A DNA stretch of 64,000 nt from an uncultured Verrucomicrobiae bacterium (GCA_963788655.1 CAWBHS010000011.1:1-64000), one strand, 5' to 3'; positions 20,559 to 31,023 are shown, counted from the stretch's first letter. Notes: generated from the letters alone by a model not told the origin. Program-made: numbers and translations.

Positions 20559-20764
20559 TCGCTTTCCTCCGCAGACTGTTTCACGCCGGTGGGGTCGTTT
20601 CGACGGTCTTCAAGCGATCGCGGGAAACGATCGCACGGCTGTTTCCCTCCCGAACGGAGCTGGCCAGGCGGGCCGCTGCACGGACCGAATTGATCAAGCG
20701 TCAAGCAAGGGAACTTGAACGGCTCGATCGCCTCAGAAATCCGCACAATTATCGAGGCAGATAA
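20555..20764 (+). CDS. Small basic hypothetical protein
   Basis: TTG start overlaps the rnr stop. Helical C-terminus [21 protein letters not shown]. Confidence 0.5.
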   Translation: MIAFLRRLFHAGGVVSTVFKRSRETIARLFPSRTELARRAAARTELIKRQARELERLDRLRNPHNYRGR

Positions 20765-21126
20765 GCCGCGGGCCTTCCCAGGGCGGCACTCACATTCCGG
20801 CGATTTCCGAAGTGCAAGTCCAATCCGCCAAGGTAGGGTTATACCCCATAGCGCCGGGTGGGAAGGCGGCATAATCTAGCTCCGGTGTATCAGCCTGGAA
20901 CGGGATTGCGGCGGCGGGGCGGATCGTGCCGGTCGTTTGGATCCCAGGGTCTGACATCCGCCCCACCCTGATCGGGTCAGGCAAAACGAAACAAAATTAC
21001 GACAACATCCTTAATCACGATGATCCGGGGAACCGCCAGAATTCGGCGGGTTTCCAGCGATAACGGCGCGACGGCTTTCGCCCTCAAGCGACTGCTCGCG
21101 CAACTTCAACCCCGCATCCAAGGCCA

Positions 21127-21483
21127 ATGAAAACCACCCTGACCTACACCAGCCTCAACACCCTGGTCCCTTGGCCGGCTTTGCTGGCGCAACAACTCGA
21201 TCACTGGCACAGCCTGACGACCATCACCGCCGCCGAAATCGTCTTGGAACATGAGCGCGACAGCTCTCGGGCCTTCCGGGTGAAAGTGCGGCTGGAGGTT
21301 CCCCGGGCCGATTTGCGCGCTGACGCCAGTGACGCCACGTTGGAAGGCGCGCTGCGCAAGGCCAACACCGATTTGGAACTTCAGATTCAGGTCGGCAACG
21401 CCAAACCGCCGGGACAGGGGAAAAGCACCCGTCAGCCCAACGCCATACCCAAACCAAAACCCGCGATCGGTCGTCGGGCTTGA
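21127..21483 (+). CDS. HPF/RaiA-family ribosome-associated protein
   Basis: 118 aa with the HPF-like pattern AEIVLEHE..FRVKVRLEVP..DLRA.ASDATLEGALRKA..DLELQI. Confidence 0.7.
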   Translation: MKTTLTYTSLNTLVPWPALLAQQLDHWHSLTTITAAEIVLEHERDSSRAFRVKVRLEVPRADLRADASDATLEGALRKANTDLELQIQVGNAKPPGQGKSTRQPNAIPKPKPAIGRRA

Positions 21484-21543
21484 GGTAAATTGGAGATCGC
21501 CGCGAAGGCCTATTTCCACTATGAACCCCAACACCAAAACGAA

Positions 21544-22509
21544 ATGATGAATCTTATACTTGCTCAATCCGGTTTTTTGTCCGGCAAACTCGACGTTGTC
21601 CTGTATGGCCTGGCCGCAGTGGTGCTGCTCGTGGGGGGCATCCTCCTCGTTCACTTCGGGATGATCTACCTTCGCGCCTTGTTCTCCGGCGCCAAAGTCA
21701 CCTTCACCGAACTCATCGCCTTGCGCTTGCGGCGCATCCCGCTGAGCCTGATGGTGGGTAACCGGATTGCCGCCGTACGCTCCGGAGTGCCGCTCAGTAT
21801 CGACGAACTTTCGACGCATTACCTGGCGGGCGGCGACGTGTCGATGGTGGTCCTGGCGTTGATTGCCGCCCGTAAGGCGGGCATCCACCTCATCTTCGAT
21901 CGCGCCTGTGCCATCGACCTGGCCACCAAAGGCACGGGCAAAAGCGTGATCGAAGCGGTCCGCACCTCCATCAATCCGAGGGTGATTGAATGTCCCGGAT
22001 CCCCGCCACGGCAAACGAAACATCGCGGGCGTGGCCAAGGACGGCATTGCGATCAAGGCCCGGGCGCTGGTCACCGTGCGCACCAACCTGGATCGCTTCG
22101 TCGGCGGCGCCACGGAGGAAACCATCATTGCGCGCGTCGGCGAAGGCATCGTCAGCACCATCGGTTCGTCGGCGTCTACAAGGACATGTTGGAAAATCCG
22201 CACCGCATTTCCCAAACCGTCCTCGACAAGGCGCTCGACGCCAACACCGCCTTTGAAATCCTGTCCCTCGACATCGCCGACGTGGACGTGGGCACCAACA
22301 TCGGCGCCAAACTGCAAGCCGAGCAGGCCGAAGCCAACAAGCTCATCGCGCAGGCGCACGCCGAAATCCGGCGGGCCGCGGCCGTGGCCGGGGCGCAGGA
22401 AATGACGGCCCGGGTGGCCGAAATGCGCTCCCGCGTGGTGGAAGCGGAAGCCCAAGTGCCGATGGCAGTGGCGGGAGCGTTCCGCGCCGGCCACGTCGGC
22501 ATGAACTAA
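21544..22509 (+). CDS. floA: Flotillin-like protein FloA (UPF0365/YqfA), with compensating frameshifts near 21995 and 22175
   Basis: [84 protein letters not shown] (second frame) and [29 protein letters not shown]. Confidence 0.92.
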   Translation: MMNLILAQSGFLSGKLDVVLYGLAAVVLLVGGILLVHFGMIYLRALFSGAKVTFTELIALRLRRIPLSLMVGNRIAAVRSGVPLSIDELSTHYLAGGDVSMVVLALIAARKAGIHLIFDRACAIDLATKGTGKSVIEAVRTSINPRVIECPGSPPRQTKHRGRGQGRHCDQGPGAGHRAHQPGSLRRRRHGGNHHCARRRRHRQHHRFVGVYKDMLENPHRISQTVLDKALDANTAFEILSLDIADVDVGTNIGAKLQAEQAEANKLIAQAHAEIRRAAAVAGAQEMTARVAEMRSRVVEAEAQVPMAVAGAFRAGHVGMN

Positions 22510-22775
22510 TGAACCACCGCGCCATTCTCTTTCGCTTGATTGGGATCACGTTTGTCTGCTTGGTCGTCCCGCCGCTGCTGGGCCATTACGTGGGCCCGGC
22601 GTTCGGCGCGCTGGGCGCTGTGGGAGCCGTCGGATTCTGGTACTCGCAATATCGATTCCCCGACCGGAAGCAACGAAGTGGCCCCTATTTCTGGTTCGTG
22701 GCCGGCGGCTACGGTTTCATCGGCCTCACGTTGCTGGTTTGCCTGGGCCGATTGCTGGGAATGAAGTTATTGTGA
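22509..22775 (+). CDS. Small membrane hypothetical protein (about 3 TM helices)
   Basis: 88 aa, hydrophobic. Start overlaps the floA stop (TAATG). Confidence 0.65.
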   Translation: MNHRAILFRLIGITFVCLVVPPLLGHYVGPAFGALGAVGAVGFWYSQYRFPDRKQRSGPYFWFVAGGYGFIGLTLLVCLGRLLGMKLL

Positions 22776-22856
22776 CACTGCCGCCGGAACCGGCTACCAC
22801 TACGGGCGGCACCCCGGCACCCGGTCTGCCCCGGCGGGGCCGGCCGCGCTCCCATT

Positions 22857-23351
22857 ATGAGTAAAGCCGAACGCATCTTTCAACTGGCGCAGGAGGTCGT
22901 CGCCGCTTATGACTTGCTCAATGCCCGGCGGGCCAATTCGGGGGACTTGTACACCCGGGAAGTCATCGACCACTTGAAATTCTTGGTCATGGAGGAATTC
23001 GGTCCCGGCGCGGCCAACCAGTTCCTCAGCAAGGCCAATCGTCAATCCGTGGACTTCTGGATCGAAAATGAGCAGACCATCGTGGAACTGGAGTACAGCC
23101 TGGGGAACTCGGATCCCTTGCTGGAGAAAGAGGTGTTCAAAGCCTTGCTGGCCAAAGAGGCCGGCCACGACGTGCGGCACTTGATCCTCATTGGCGATCC
23201 CGGTTCCGTCCGACGCTGGCAGACTCCCACCCCGCGTTCAGTCATGGCGTGGGTGGAGCGACACCACGAAATCCGGGTGCAACTTTGGGAATTACGGGAA
23301 AGCGGATCGTTGCCCGGCTCAGGCTTCCGCCACGGGGGAATGGATGGGTAA
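22857..23351 (+). CDS. Hypothetical protein, possible PD-(D/E)XK restriction-endonuclease-like fold
   Basis: Clean ATG-started 164-aa ORF. SVDFWIENEQTIVELEYS gives a D...ExE pattern, followed by an EKEVFKALL helix and an RHLILIG strand. Confidence 0.6.
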   Translation: MSKAERIFQLAQEVVAAYDLLNARRANSGDLYTREVIDHLKFLVMEEFGPGAANQFLSKANRQSVDFWIENEQTIVELEYSLGNSDPLLEKEVFKALLAKEAGHDVRHLILIGDPGSVRRWQTPTPRSVMAWVERHHEIRVQLWELRESGSLPGSGFRHGGMDG

Positions 23352-23538
23352 AGGAGCCGAGGATTTGCGCATCGAGATCGAGATGGTGTAACTCTTCAGC
23401 AACCGCCGTTTGCTGGCGGACAGGATTTTGGGCGCGACGTTGAATTTGAGTTCCGGCGCCCAATTGACCGCGAGCTTTTTCACTTTTGTTCGAGTTGCTG
23501 ATTTGGTCGTCATAGCGGTTGTCCGGTTTTTCTTGGTG

Positions 23539-23585
23539 AGGGCGGGTCGGGGTTGGATACCGTTTCGCAACCCGCGACCCGCCCT
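23539..23585. repeat. GC-rich hairpin (REP-like or terminator-like) downstream of bioA
   Basis: agggcgggtcggggttg / caacccgcgacccgccct form an imperfect inverted repeat. Confidence 0.5.
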
Positions 23586-23693
23586 GCCCCTCGTCCAAGA
23601 TGCACTTCGAGTAGAGCATCGGCAGAGGGGGACGGCGGGTTAAGGACAAGTTGGTCCGCAACGATCAGGAAGAAGTTCCGGTCAAGCAACGTA

Positions 23694-25202
23694 TCATAAA
23701 ACCTCGGCAACAGCCTGGCGCAACGTAGCCACCATTCGTTCGAGTTGGGTCGCAGTTGTGCAATACGGCGGCATCAAAACCACCACGTTGCCGACGGGCC
23801 GGGTCAATACGCCGCGCCGGGCCATCACCTGGCAAACGCGTATACCAGCCTGGTCGCGCAAGTCGAACGAAACGCGCGTGCGCCAGTCTTTGACCAATTC
23901 GACACCAGCAATCAATCCCGCTTGGCGAATGTCGCCGACCTGGGGCAACGCCCACAATTCAGCGAGGGCGGTGGTAAAATGATGTTCCAGCCGCTGCCGG
24001 GCGCGAATCGATGCTTGGCTTTGCAGAATATCCAAACTGGCCAGGGCCGCAGCCGCCCCCAACTGGTTGGCCGTAAAACTATGGCCGTGGAAGAACGTTT
24101 TGAATTCTGCGTAGTCACCCAGAAACGCATCGAACACCGCCTGGGTGGTCAGCGTCGCCGCCATGGGAAGGTAACCGCCGGTCAAACCCTTGGCCACGGC
24201 GAGAAAGTCCGGTTGCACGCCTTCGTGATGACACGCGAAGAGCGTCGGTGCGGGTTGCCCTGCGTTAGGTTTAGTTCGACGCGAAGACTGATGATAATCC
24301 GCCGGCACGCCCGTTCGTCCGAAGCCGGTCATGACTTCGTCGGCGATCAATTGGGCGCCATTGGCCCGCACGATTTCCGCGACCCGTCGCAGCCAACCGT
24401 CCGGTTGGGGAATCATGCCGGCGGCGCCTTGAAGACGCGGTTCCACCACCATTGCCGCGTAAGGATTGCCTCGCTGGTGCTGTCGGGCAAAGCGCTTTTC
24501 CACTTGGTCCACGCATTCCCATTGGCACTTCCGATAGGTGCGCGCATCGGCGCGTTCGGGGCGGGCGCGGTTAAACGGGCAACGATAACAGTAGGGAGCC
24601 ATCACCGTGTCCGACTTGAAGAGCAAGCCTCCGTAGGCTTTATGAAACAGGTCAATATGACCGAGACTCACCGCGCCGACCGTGTCGCCGTGATACGCTC
24701 CCGTCAGCGACAGGAAACGCGGCCGCCGACTGCGACCGGTGCGCCGCGCGTATTCGTAGGCAAGCTTGAGCGCAACTTCCAGGGCGGTGGAACCATCGTC
24801 CGAGAAAAACACCTTGGCCAACGGACGATTGGCGGTTGGCAATCCACGTTTTTGTTTAGCCTGCGTCGTGACGGCGGGAAAAAGACCGCTGGCTCTCGGA
24901 TTCGCAACTTTCACCAGCATTTCCGCCAGCAACGAGGCCGGTTCATTGGCCAGACCCAGCGCGGAGGAATGCGCAATCTTCTTCAACTGCCGCTGGATGG
25001 CGGCGTTAATCCGCGGATGATTGTGGCCGTGCAGATTGGTCCAGATGGAGGCATTGGCGTCGAGATATTCGCGGCCACGCACGTCGCTCAACACAGTGCC
25101 TTTACCCGATACGATGACGGTGGGTTCGTGTTGCCGCCAATCGCGCATCTGGGTGAACGGATGCCAAACGTAGCGTTGATCCAGACGAGCCAGTTTATGC
25201 AT
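23694..25202 (-). CDS. bioA: Adenosylmethionine-8-amino-7-oxononanoate aminotransferase
   Basis: VWHPFTQM, FFSDDGSTALEVALK, AYHGDTVGAVSLG, QGAAGM, IADEVMTGFGRTG, AKGLTGGYLP and FFHGHSFTAN, directly downstream of bioF. Confidence 0.95.
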   Translation of the reverse strand: MHKLARLDQRYVWHPFTQMRDWRQHEPTVIVSGKGTVLSDVRGREYLDANASIWTNLHGHNHPRINAAIQRQLKKIAHSSALGLANEPASLLAEMLVKVANPRASGLFPAVTTQAKQKRGLPTANRPLAKVFFSDDGSTALEVALKLAYEYARRTGRSRRPRFLSLTGAYHGDTVGAVSLGHIDLFHKAYGGLLFKSDTVMAPYCYRCPFNRARPERADARTYRKCQWECVDQVEKRFARQHQRGNPYAAMVVEPRLQGAAGMIPQPDGWLRRVAEIVRANGAQLIADEVMTGFGRTGVPADYHQSSRRTKPNAGQPAPTLFACHHEGVQPDFLAVAKGLTGGYLPMAATLTTQAVFDAFLGDYAEFKTFFHGHSFTANQLGAAAALASLDILQSQASIRARQRLEHHFTTALAELWALPQVGDIRQAGLIAGVELVKDWRTRVSFDLRDQAGIRVCQVMARRGVLTRPVGNVVVLMPPYCTTATQLERMVATLRQAVAEVL

Positions 25203-26472
25203 GGGGTGTGTTGGACAGAGAAGCGCGGACGCCCGCCAGTGCATGGCGCAAGGCTTGGATGTCCGCTGGGGTGTGGGTGGCCGTCACCGTCAAACGCAAG
25301 CGCGCGCGGTTACGCGCCACGGTGGGATAGCGAATGGCCGGAATGAAAATGCCCTGCGCCTGCAACGCCGCCGCCAGGGAAAGCGCCGTGGTTTCCGCGC
25401 CAACGATCAGCGGGATGATGGCGCTGCGGAATGGTGGCGTTACGTTCAAGAGGAAGGACGATTGTGGGTGGTCTTCATTACGCTCGTCTGCCCTCCCGCG
25501 ATCTGGTTCTCCCAACAACTGATTCATTTGTTCAACCCGTTCAAACAATTGCCGGCACCGGCGTTCGCCTTCCGGCGATTGCACCAGTTCCAAACCCGCG
25601 CGGGCCGCGGCCACGGCCGCCGGCGATGGCGCGGTACTGAACACAAAGCTGCGCGCCCGATTGACCAGTAAATCGATCAGCGCCTTCGAACCGGCGATGT
25701 AACCGCCCGCAGCTCCGAGGGCCTTGCCGAGGGTGCCCATTTGCACTTCGACCCGATCCGCCACCGCCAGGGCTTCGGCCAAGCCACTGTGGCGAGTCCC
25801 AAGTAATCCGGTGGCATGCGCTTCATCCAGCAGCAGCCACGCCCCGTAACGCTCCTTCAATTCGACCAATTCCCGCAATGGCGCAAAATCGCCGTCCATT
25901 GAGAAGACGCTTTCGGTGACTATGAGGACGCGGGGTGCGGTTTCACCCGATGGCGCATTGCGACGACGTTGATCGGCCCATTGCAGGATGGATTCCAGGC
26001 GATTGAGATCGTTGTGTTTGAACACCCGGATCTTGGCGCCGCAAAGCCGGGCGGCATCGACCAGGCAAGCGTGCGCCAGTTTGTCGAGGATGACGATGTC
26101 GTCCTTGCCGAGCAGCGCGCCGATGGTGCCCAGCGCCGTCGCATAACCAGACGAAAATGTCAGCGCGGCTTCGGTGTCTTTGAAAGCGGCGATGGCTGAT
26201 TCCAATTCGTGATGCGGCGAGAGCGAACCACAAATCAACCGCGACGAACCCGCGCCCACCCCGAAGTCGGCAATGGCCCGGCAGGCGGCTTCTTTGAGGG
26301 CGGGTTCGTTGGCCAGGCCAAGGTAGTCGTTGGAGGAAAAGTTGAGCAGCGACCGAGCGCCCATTCGCAGACGCGTCCCCTGCGGCGATTGCACCGGGCG
26401 CAGTTCGCGCAACAGGTTTTGCTGCCGGATGCTGGCGAGTCGGTGTTCCAGGGCAGACTGGAAAGAATTCAT
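25195..26472 (-). CDS. bioF: 8-amino-7-oxononanoate synthase
   Basis: NFSSNDYLGL, GAGSSRLICG, FSSGY, TESVFSMDGD, LDEAHATG, GTLGKALG and AIRYPTV. Confidence 0.95.
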   Translation of the reverse strand: MNSFQSALEHRLASIRQQNLLRELRPVQSPQGTRLRMGARSLLNFSSNDYLGLANEPALKEAACRAIADFGVGAGSSRLICGSLSPHHELESAIAAFKDTEAALTFSSGYATALGTIGALLGKDDIVILDKLAHACLVDAARLCGAKIRVFKHNDLNRLESILQWADQRRRNAPSGETAPRVLIVTESVFSMDGDFAPLRELVELKERYGAWLLLDEAHATGLLGTRHSGLAEALAVADRVEVQMGTLGKALGAAGGYIAGSKALIDLLVNRARSFVFSTAPSPAAVAAARAGLELVQSPEGERRCRQLFERVEQMNQLLGEPDRGRADERNEDHPQSSFLLNVTPPFRSAIIPLIVGAETTALSLAAALQAQGIFIPAIRYPTVARNRARLRLTVTATHTPADIQALRHALAGVRASLSNTPHA

Positions 26473-26493
26473 CGCGACGGCCAACGCGCCCAC

Positions 26494-27480
26494 CTACTTG
26501 CCGGCAATGATCAGGTCCAGACGCTTGCTGTGTTCTGCCAACGTGCAGTTGCCGCCTTCGATGGTCATCCAGCCATTGTATCCGACGCGGTCCAACGCCT
26601 GGCGCACCACCGGCCAGCGCACGTCACCGTCGCGGATGTTGACGAATTTGCCGCCGCCCGCGGGATCGTCGCGATTGAGCTTGAAGTCCTTCGCGTGCAG
26701 CTTGGCAACCAGGTTGTTGAGCGAGAGGATCCATTTCTCCGGTCGCGCGTATTTGACGTGGTTGCCGATGTCGAAGTAGGCCTTCACCCACGGACTTTGA
26801 AATGAGCGGACGAAGTGGGCAAAGAAGACCGGGTCCACCCACAGGTTGTTCCAAACGTTCTCCAGAGCGATGATCACCCCGCATTTCTCCGCCAGCGGTA
26901 TGAGCTTCTTCACCGCTTCGCGGGAGGTGTCGGTGGCATGGTTTTGCGCCTTGATGTAATCCGCATAAGGAGCGTTGTCGCCGGTGACCACCTTGCTGAC
27001 GTGCCCGGTTTGTTCGTCGAATTTTATTCGGAATTCCCAAGGCAACGGTGCCTTCATCCCGCCGATACGACAGGGCACCAGCAGAACCGTCTCCGCGCCA
27101 TAAGCCTGAGCGGCGCGCAGGGCGTCTTCGGTTTTGGCGTAACTGGCGTCGTATTTGGCAGTGTCGGCGCTGTTGAATTCCGCCCACCCCCGCAACACGG
27201 AATGAATCCGCATGCCCACCTTTTCCGCCGTGGCGCGGCATTGCTCAGCTTCCGCGACTGGCTGAATGCCGGCTTCCACGCCATCGAACCCGGCATCCTT
27301 CAATTTCTTCAAGCCCTCTTCGGTGGGCTTGTTCATGATGACTGCTTTATAAATGCGCGTGTTGAACCGTTTTTCGGCGGCGGACGCAGAATAGAGTTGG
27401 GCGCCCAGTCCGAAGGTCAGACCAGCGGCCACGGTGGCGGAAGTGGCAAAAAATTCACGACGATTAAGCATCGGCTTCAT
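26494..27480 (-). CDS. Tat-exported sugar phosphate isomerase/epimerase (xylose isomerase-like TIM barrel)
   Basis: NRREFF Tat motif, AGFDGVE, IALENVWNN, YFDIGNH, LHAKDF and GWMTIE. Confidence 0.9.
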   Translation of the reverse strand: MKPMLNRREFFATSATVAAGLTFGLGAQLYSASAAEKRFNTRIYKAVIMNKPTEEGLKKLKDAGFDGVEAGIQPVAEAEQCRATAEKVGMRIHSVLRGWAEFNSADTAKYDASYAKTEDALRAAQAYGAETVLLVPCRIGGMKAPLPWEFRIKFDEQTGHVSKVVTGDNAPYADYIKAQNHATDTSREAVKKLIPLAEKCGVIIALENVWNNLWVDPVFFAHFVRSFQSPWVKAYFDIGNHVKYARPEKWILSLNNLVAKLHAKDFKLNRDDPAGGGKFVNIRDGDVRWPVVRQALDRVGYNGWMTIEGGNCTLAEHSKRLDLIIAGK

Positions 27481-27532
27481 AGTTGGATACGATGTTGCGA
27501 CAAAAGTCAGTTTTGGCAAGCTGCCAAAAGCG

Positions 27533-28489
27533 TTACGCGCACCAGTCGCGTTCGCGTTGTTTGGCCTGATTGATGGCGAAGCGGGCGATTTCCGCGTCTT
27601 CCGCCACCTGGTAGTCGAACATGCCCACGCAGATGAAGTCCGCGCCATTTTGGAAGGCGTATTGGAAGCCCTGGCGCGGATGGATGGCGCCGGCGCCCAG
27701 CACCTTGTAGGCAATCCACGGGCGATACACTTCCGACATGAATGCTTTGGTATCCTCCGGCGTCTCGGACCATACGCTGTCATTGCGCGGCTGCGGGCCC
27801 GCCGACCAGTAACGCTTGCTGTTGTAGGTCTTCATCAGGAAGTCGGGATTGATTTTGGCCTTCTCAACGGCTTTGGGCACCTCGAGGGAATGGCCGGCCA
27901 CACCGGCGACGAGCCCGTTTTGCTTGATGAGTTCGACGCCTTTTCCAAGCAGATCGACTTTGCCTTCGGCCACACAACGGTCGCCAATCCCACCGTGGAT
28001 GTAGGCCGCCACCGCGCCGTTGTCCACGGCGCGCTTGATGTCGGTCATGTCATTCTCCTTGATCTTCGCCTGGGCGATCCATTGGATCTTCCCGCCGCGT
28101 TCCTTCCGATAGGTGTTTAGGATGCGTATCGTGTTGTCGTCCACCCGCAAAATGGCGGTATTGATACCTTGGGCTTCGCACAGCGCCAGCGTCTCAAAGA
28201 CTTTCTCGTCGGAGAAATAGTGCTTGAGCAACGATGACACGTAGATCAGGTCGCGGCTGTGCGCAAAGCCACTGATCAAATTACCCCCGCAAATCAGCCG
28301 GCTGACGGATAACTTGCCCAACTTGCCTTGCGGAAAGCTCTGCGTTTTCGGGGACGGTGATGCGGGCGCGGGCTGCTTCTGCTGCTGCGCCAGCAACGAT
28401 TGTTCTTCAAAACGAAACGTCATCGCGGCGGCGGAAGAGGCGAGAGCGGATTGCTTAAGGAAATTACGGCGATCAATGGAGTGCGACAT
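27533..28489 (-). CDS. Tat-exported aldo/keto-reductase-like TIM-barrel protein
   Basis: DRRNFLK Tat motif, GKLSVSRLICGGN, GVAGH, WIAYKVLGAGAI and ADFICVGMF. Confidence 0.75.
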   Translation of the reverse strand: MSHSIDRRNFLKQSALASSAAAMTFRFEEQSLLAQQQKQPAPASPSPKTQSFPQGKLGKLSVSRLICGGNLISGFAHSRDLIYVSSLLKHYFSDEKVFETLALCEAQGINTAILRVDDNTIRILNTYRKERGGKIQWIAQAKIKENDMTDIKRAVDNGAVAAYIHGGIGDRCVAEGKVDLLGKGVELIKQNGLVAGVAGHSLEVPKAVEKAKINPDFLMKTYNSKRYWSAGPQPRNDSVWSETPEDTKAFMSEVYRPWIAYKVLGAGAIHPRQGFQYAFQNGADFICVGMFDYQVAEDAEIARFAINQAKQRERDWCA

Positions 28490-28580
28490 AAGCGGATTCT
28501 CGGATAACGGTTGCACGGTGAGAGGACCGATGAGCCGAAGAGTAGTTTGCAGAAGTTGTCCCAATGAGGACGTGCTGGGC

Positions 28581-28636
28581 TGGAAGTCCTGCCGTCGGGT
28601 GGCCGACGGGCGGTGCCGCCTGAAGGCGGGACTCCA
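28581..28636. repeat. REP-like inverted repeat pair (ccgcctgaaggcgggactcca type)
   Basis: Right arm at 28616-28636, with a degenerate left arm tggaagtcctgccgtcgggtgg at 28581-28602. Confidence 0.55.
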
Positions 28637-29211
28637 AACCGGAGCGGGCCAACCGGCTCGTAATGCCCAAAGCACTTCGGGGGTGCGTTGGGCTTCCCGA
28701 ACGTGCGGATGGGCATCGGTTCATCATCGTCTTGGCTATATCCGATTTGGCCCTTGGGCTCAAGCAGATAAAGCGACAGAACGAGCAAATCGGTGTCAAA
28801 CCACTGAGCAACCCAATTTCGTAAAACAAGCTGGTGGCCACGCAGTTGGCTGCGGGGGCGCCTGCCCGCGCCAATTCCATTCTCATCCTCTACGCGAAGA
28901 TCGATGGCACGGGCGTGCCAAAGGTGGTCCCAGAACTGTCCGGACCGGCAAACAGGAAAACGTCGTGGGAGGCGCGCATGAACCCAACCTGGACGGCGAT
29001 GCTCAAGGCCGACCCAGTGGCCGCCGTGATCGCGGCGCCCCACCGGCGGCGGGGCAACCTGGACCAATCATCGGATGGCTCGTTGCGGCGAAGGAATGGT
29101 AGGCGAACTCTCAGCGTGCTTCAATTGGTAGCCGTCCCCCATTAGTGCGCGTTCGCATACTGGCGCATTGTTGCTTTTGCCACTCTCTGGTAAAAGCCCC
29201 TCCGACAACCG

Positions 29212-31023
29212 ATGCGCAAATACCGCACATTGCTCCGCTATGTCGCCCGCCAGCGCCAGGCCTTCCTGGTCATCGCCGGGCTGACCTTCGTTTCGTCCGT
29301 GCTGGCCGCCTGCCAGCCGTGGCCCATGAAGATCGTGGTGGACTACGTACTCGGCAAACATGCGGCGCCTTCCGCCCTCGAAAACTTCATTCACACTTTC
29401 GGCGCCAATCCCACCCCGATGGTCCTGTTGGCCCTGGCGACGCTGGGCGGCTTGTTGCTGTTTGCCTTGAACAGCACCGTGGAAATGGTTCTAACGTCCT
29501 CCTGGACCTACTCGGGCCAGCGCATGGTTTACCGGTTGGCGGAAGATCTCTTCGCGCGGTTGCAACGCCGTTCCCTGTTGTTCCACAGCCGCACTTCAGT
29601 GGGCGACCTCATGAGCCGGATCACGGGGGACAGTTGGTGTGTGTATCGGTTGGCTGACACACTGCTGTTCACTCCCGGACAGGCATTGCTCACGATTATC
29701 ATGATGGTGGTATTGATGTGGCAGTTGGATGTCACCCTAACCCTGCTCGCGGTGAGCCTGGCGCCGTTCATGGTCATCGGCTCCATGCTGATCGGCAAGC
29801 CATTGCACGCCGCGGCCAAACTCAAACGCGAAATCGAAAGCCGCATCCAGGCGCATATTCAGCAGACGTTGACGGGCATTCCGGTCGTGCAGGCGTTTGC
29901 CCAGGAAGAGCGCGAACACGCCCGCTTTCAAACCTACGCCGACGCCGCCATCCGAGCGCAACAGCGCAGCACGCTGCTGGGCAGCATCAACAGCTTGAGT
30001 TCCGGTCTGATCACCACGCTGGGCACCGGTGTCATTATTTGGGTGGGCGCCCAACACGTCCTCGCCCAAACGCTCACCATTGGCGGCATTCTGGTGTTCA
30101 TCGTGTATCTGACCTCGCTCCAGGCGCAGTTCAAAGTGCTTGCCAATTTATACACCTCGCTTCGTCGCTTCGGCGCCAGCGTGGACCGGGTAATGGAAGT
30201 GCTGGACGCGGCTCCGGATCTCCCGGAGAAATCGGCGGCCACGAAATTGAGTTCGGTCCAAGGCCGGGTGTGTCTTGATAAGGTCACTTTCGGCTACGAA
30301 ACCGACCGGCCGGTGTTGCACGAGATCCAACTCGAGGCCGATCCTGGGGAAACCGTTGCTCTGGTGGGCGCCACGGGCGCCGGCAAATCGACTTTGGTCA
30401 ACCTGGTGCCGCGCTTCTTTGATCCGTGGGCGGGCCGCGTGCTGGTGGACGAACAGGACGTGCGGGACGTGCAGTTGTCCAGTCTGCGGCAGCAGATCGC
30501 CCTGGTGCTCCAGGAACCCTTTCTACTTCCGCTCTCGATTGCGGACAACATCGCGTTCAGCCGTCCGCAAGCCACCCGCACGGAGATCGAAGCCGCCGCC
30601 CGCGCGGCGAATGCGCAGACATTCATTGAACAACTGCCGCAAGGCTACGACACAATCATTGGCGAACGCGGTGCCACGTTGTCGGGCGGCGAACGGCAAC
30701 GGTTGTCCATTGCGCGGGCGTTGCTGAAAGATGCGCCGATTCTGATCCTCGACGAGCCCACCAGCGCGCTCGATGCCGAGACGGAGCACCAGCTTTTGAC
30801 GGCCATCGAACGGCTGATGCGTGGGCGCACCACGTTGGTTATTGCTCATCGACTCTCGACCGTGCGACGGGCTGACCGGATCATCGTGTTGCACGAAGGC
30901 CGGATTGTGGAACGCGGCACGCACGAAGAATTGCTGGCGTTGGGCGGGGAGTATGCGCACTTGCACCGGATTCAAATTGCCGGAGTTACGCGGCAGTCGG
31001 GCGGGGGATTCAAAGCGAAATGA
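29212..31023 (+). CDS. ABC exporter, fused permease/ATP-binding subunit
   Basis: N-terminal TMD, Walker A GATGAGKST, LSGGERQR, ILILDEPT and IAHRLST. Confidence 0.95.
   Translation: MRKYRTLLRYVARQRQAFLVIAGLTFVSSVLAACQPWPMKIVVDYVLGKHAAPSALENFIHTFGANPTPMVLLALATLGGLLLFALNSTVEMVLTSSWTYSGQRMVYRLAEDLFARLQRRSLLFHSRTSVGDLMSRITGDSWCVYRLADTLLFTPGQALLTIIMMVVLMWQLDVTLTLLAVSLAPFMVIGSMLIGKPLHAAAKLKREIESRIQAHIQQTLTGIPVVQAFAQEEREHARFQTYADAAIRAQQRSTLLGSINSLSSGLITTLGTGVIIWVGAQHVLAQTLTIGGILVFIVYLTSLQAQFKVLANLYTSLRRFGASVDRVMEVLDAAPDLPEKSAATKLSSVQGRVCLDKVTFGYETDRPVLHEIQLEADPGETVALVGATGAGKSTLVNLVPRFFDPWAGRVLVDEQDVRDVQLSSLRQQIALVLQEPFLLPLSIADNIAFSRPQATRTEIEAAARAANAQTFIEQLPQGYDTIIGERGATLSGGERQRLSIARALLKDAPILILDEPTSALDAETEHQLLTAIERLMRGRTTLVIAHRLSTVRRADRIIVLHEGRIVERGTHEELLALGGEYAHLHRIQIAGVTRQSGGGFKAK

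Noticed and set aside
23319..23513. 64-aa basic ORF MTTKSATRTKVKK on the minus strand
   Set aside because: It could be real, but it overlaps the end of 22857-23351 and has no recognisable feature, so I could not support it.
28700..29200. ORFs 28420-29067, 28834-29145 and 28314-29102 between the divergent genes
   Set aside because: They show no motif or convincing start and partly overlap repeats. A degraded fragment cannot be excluded.
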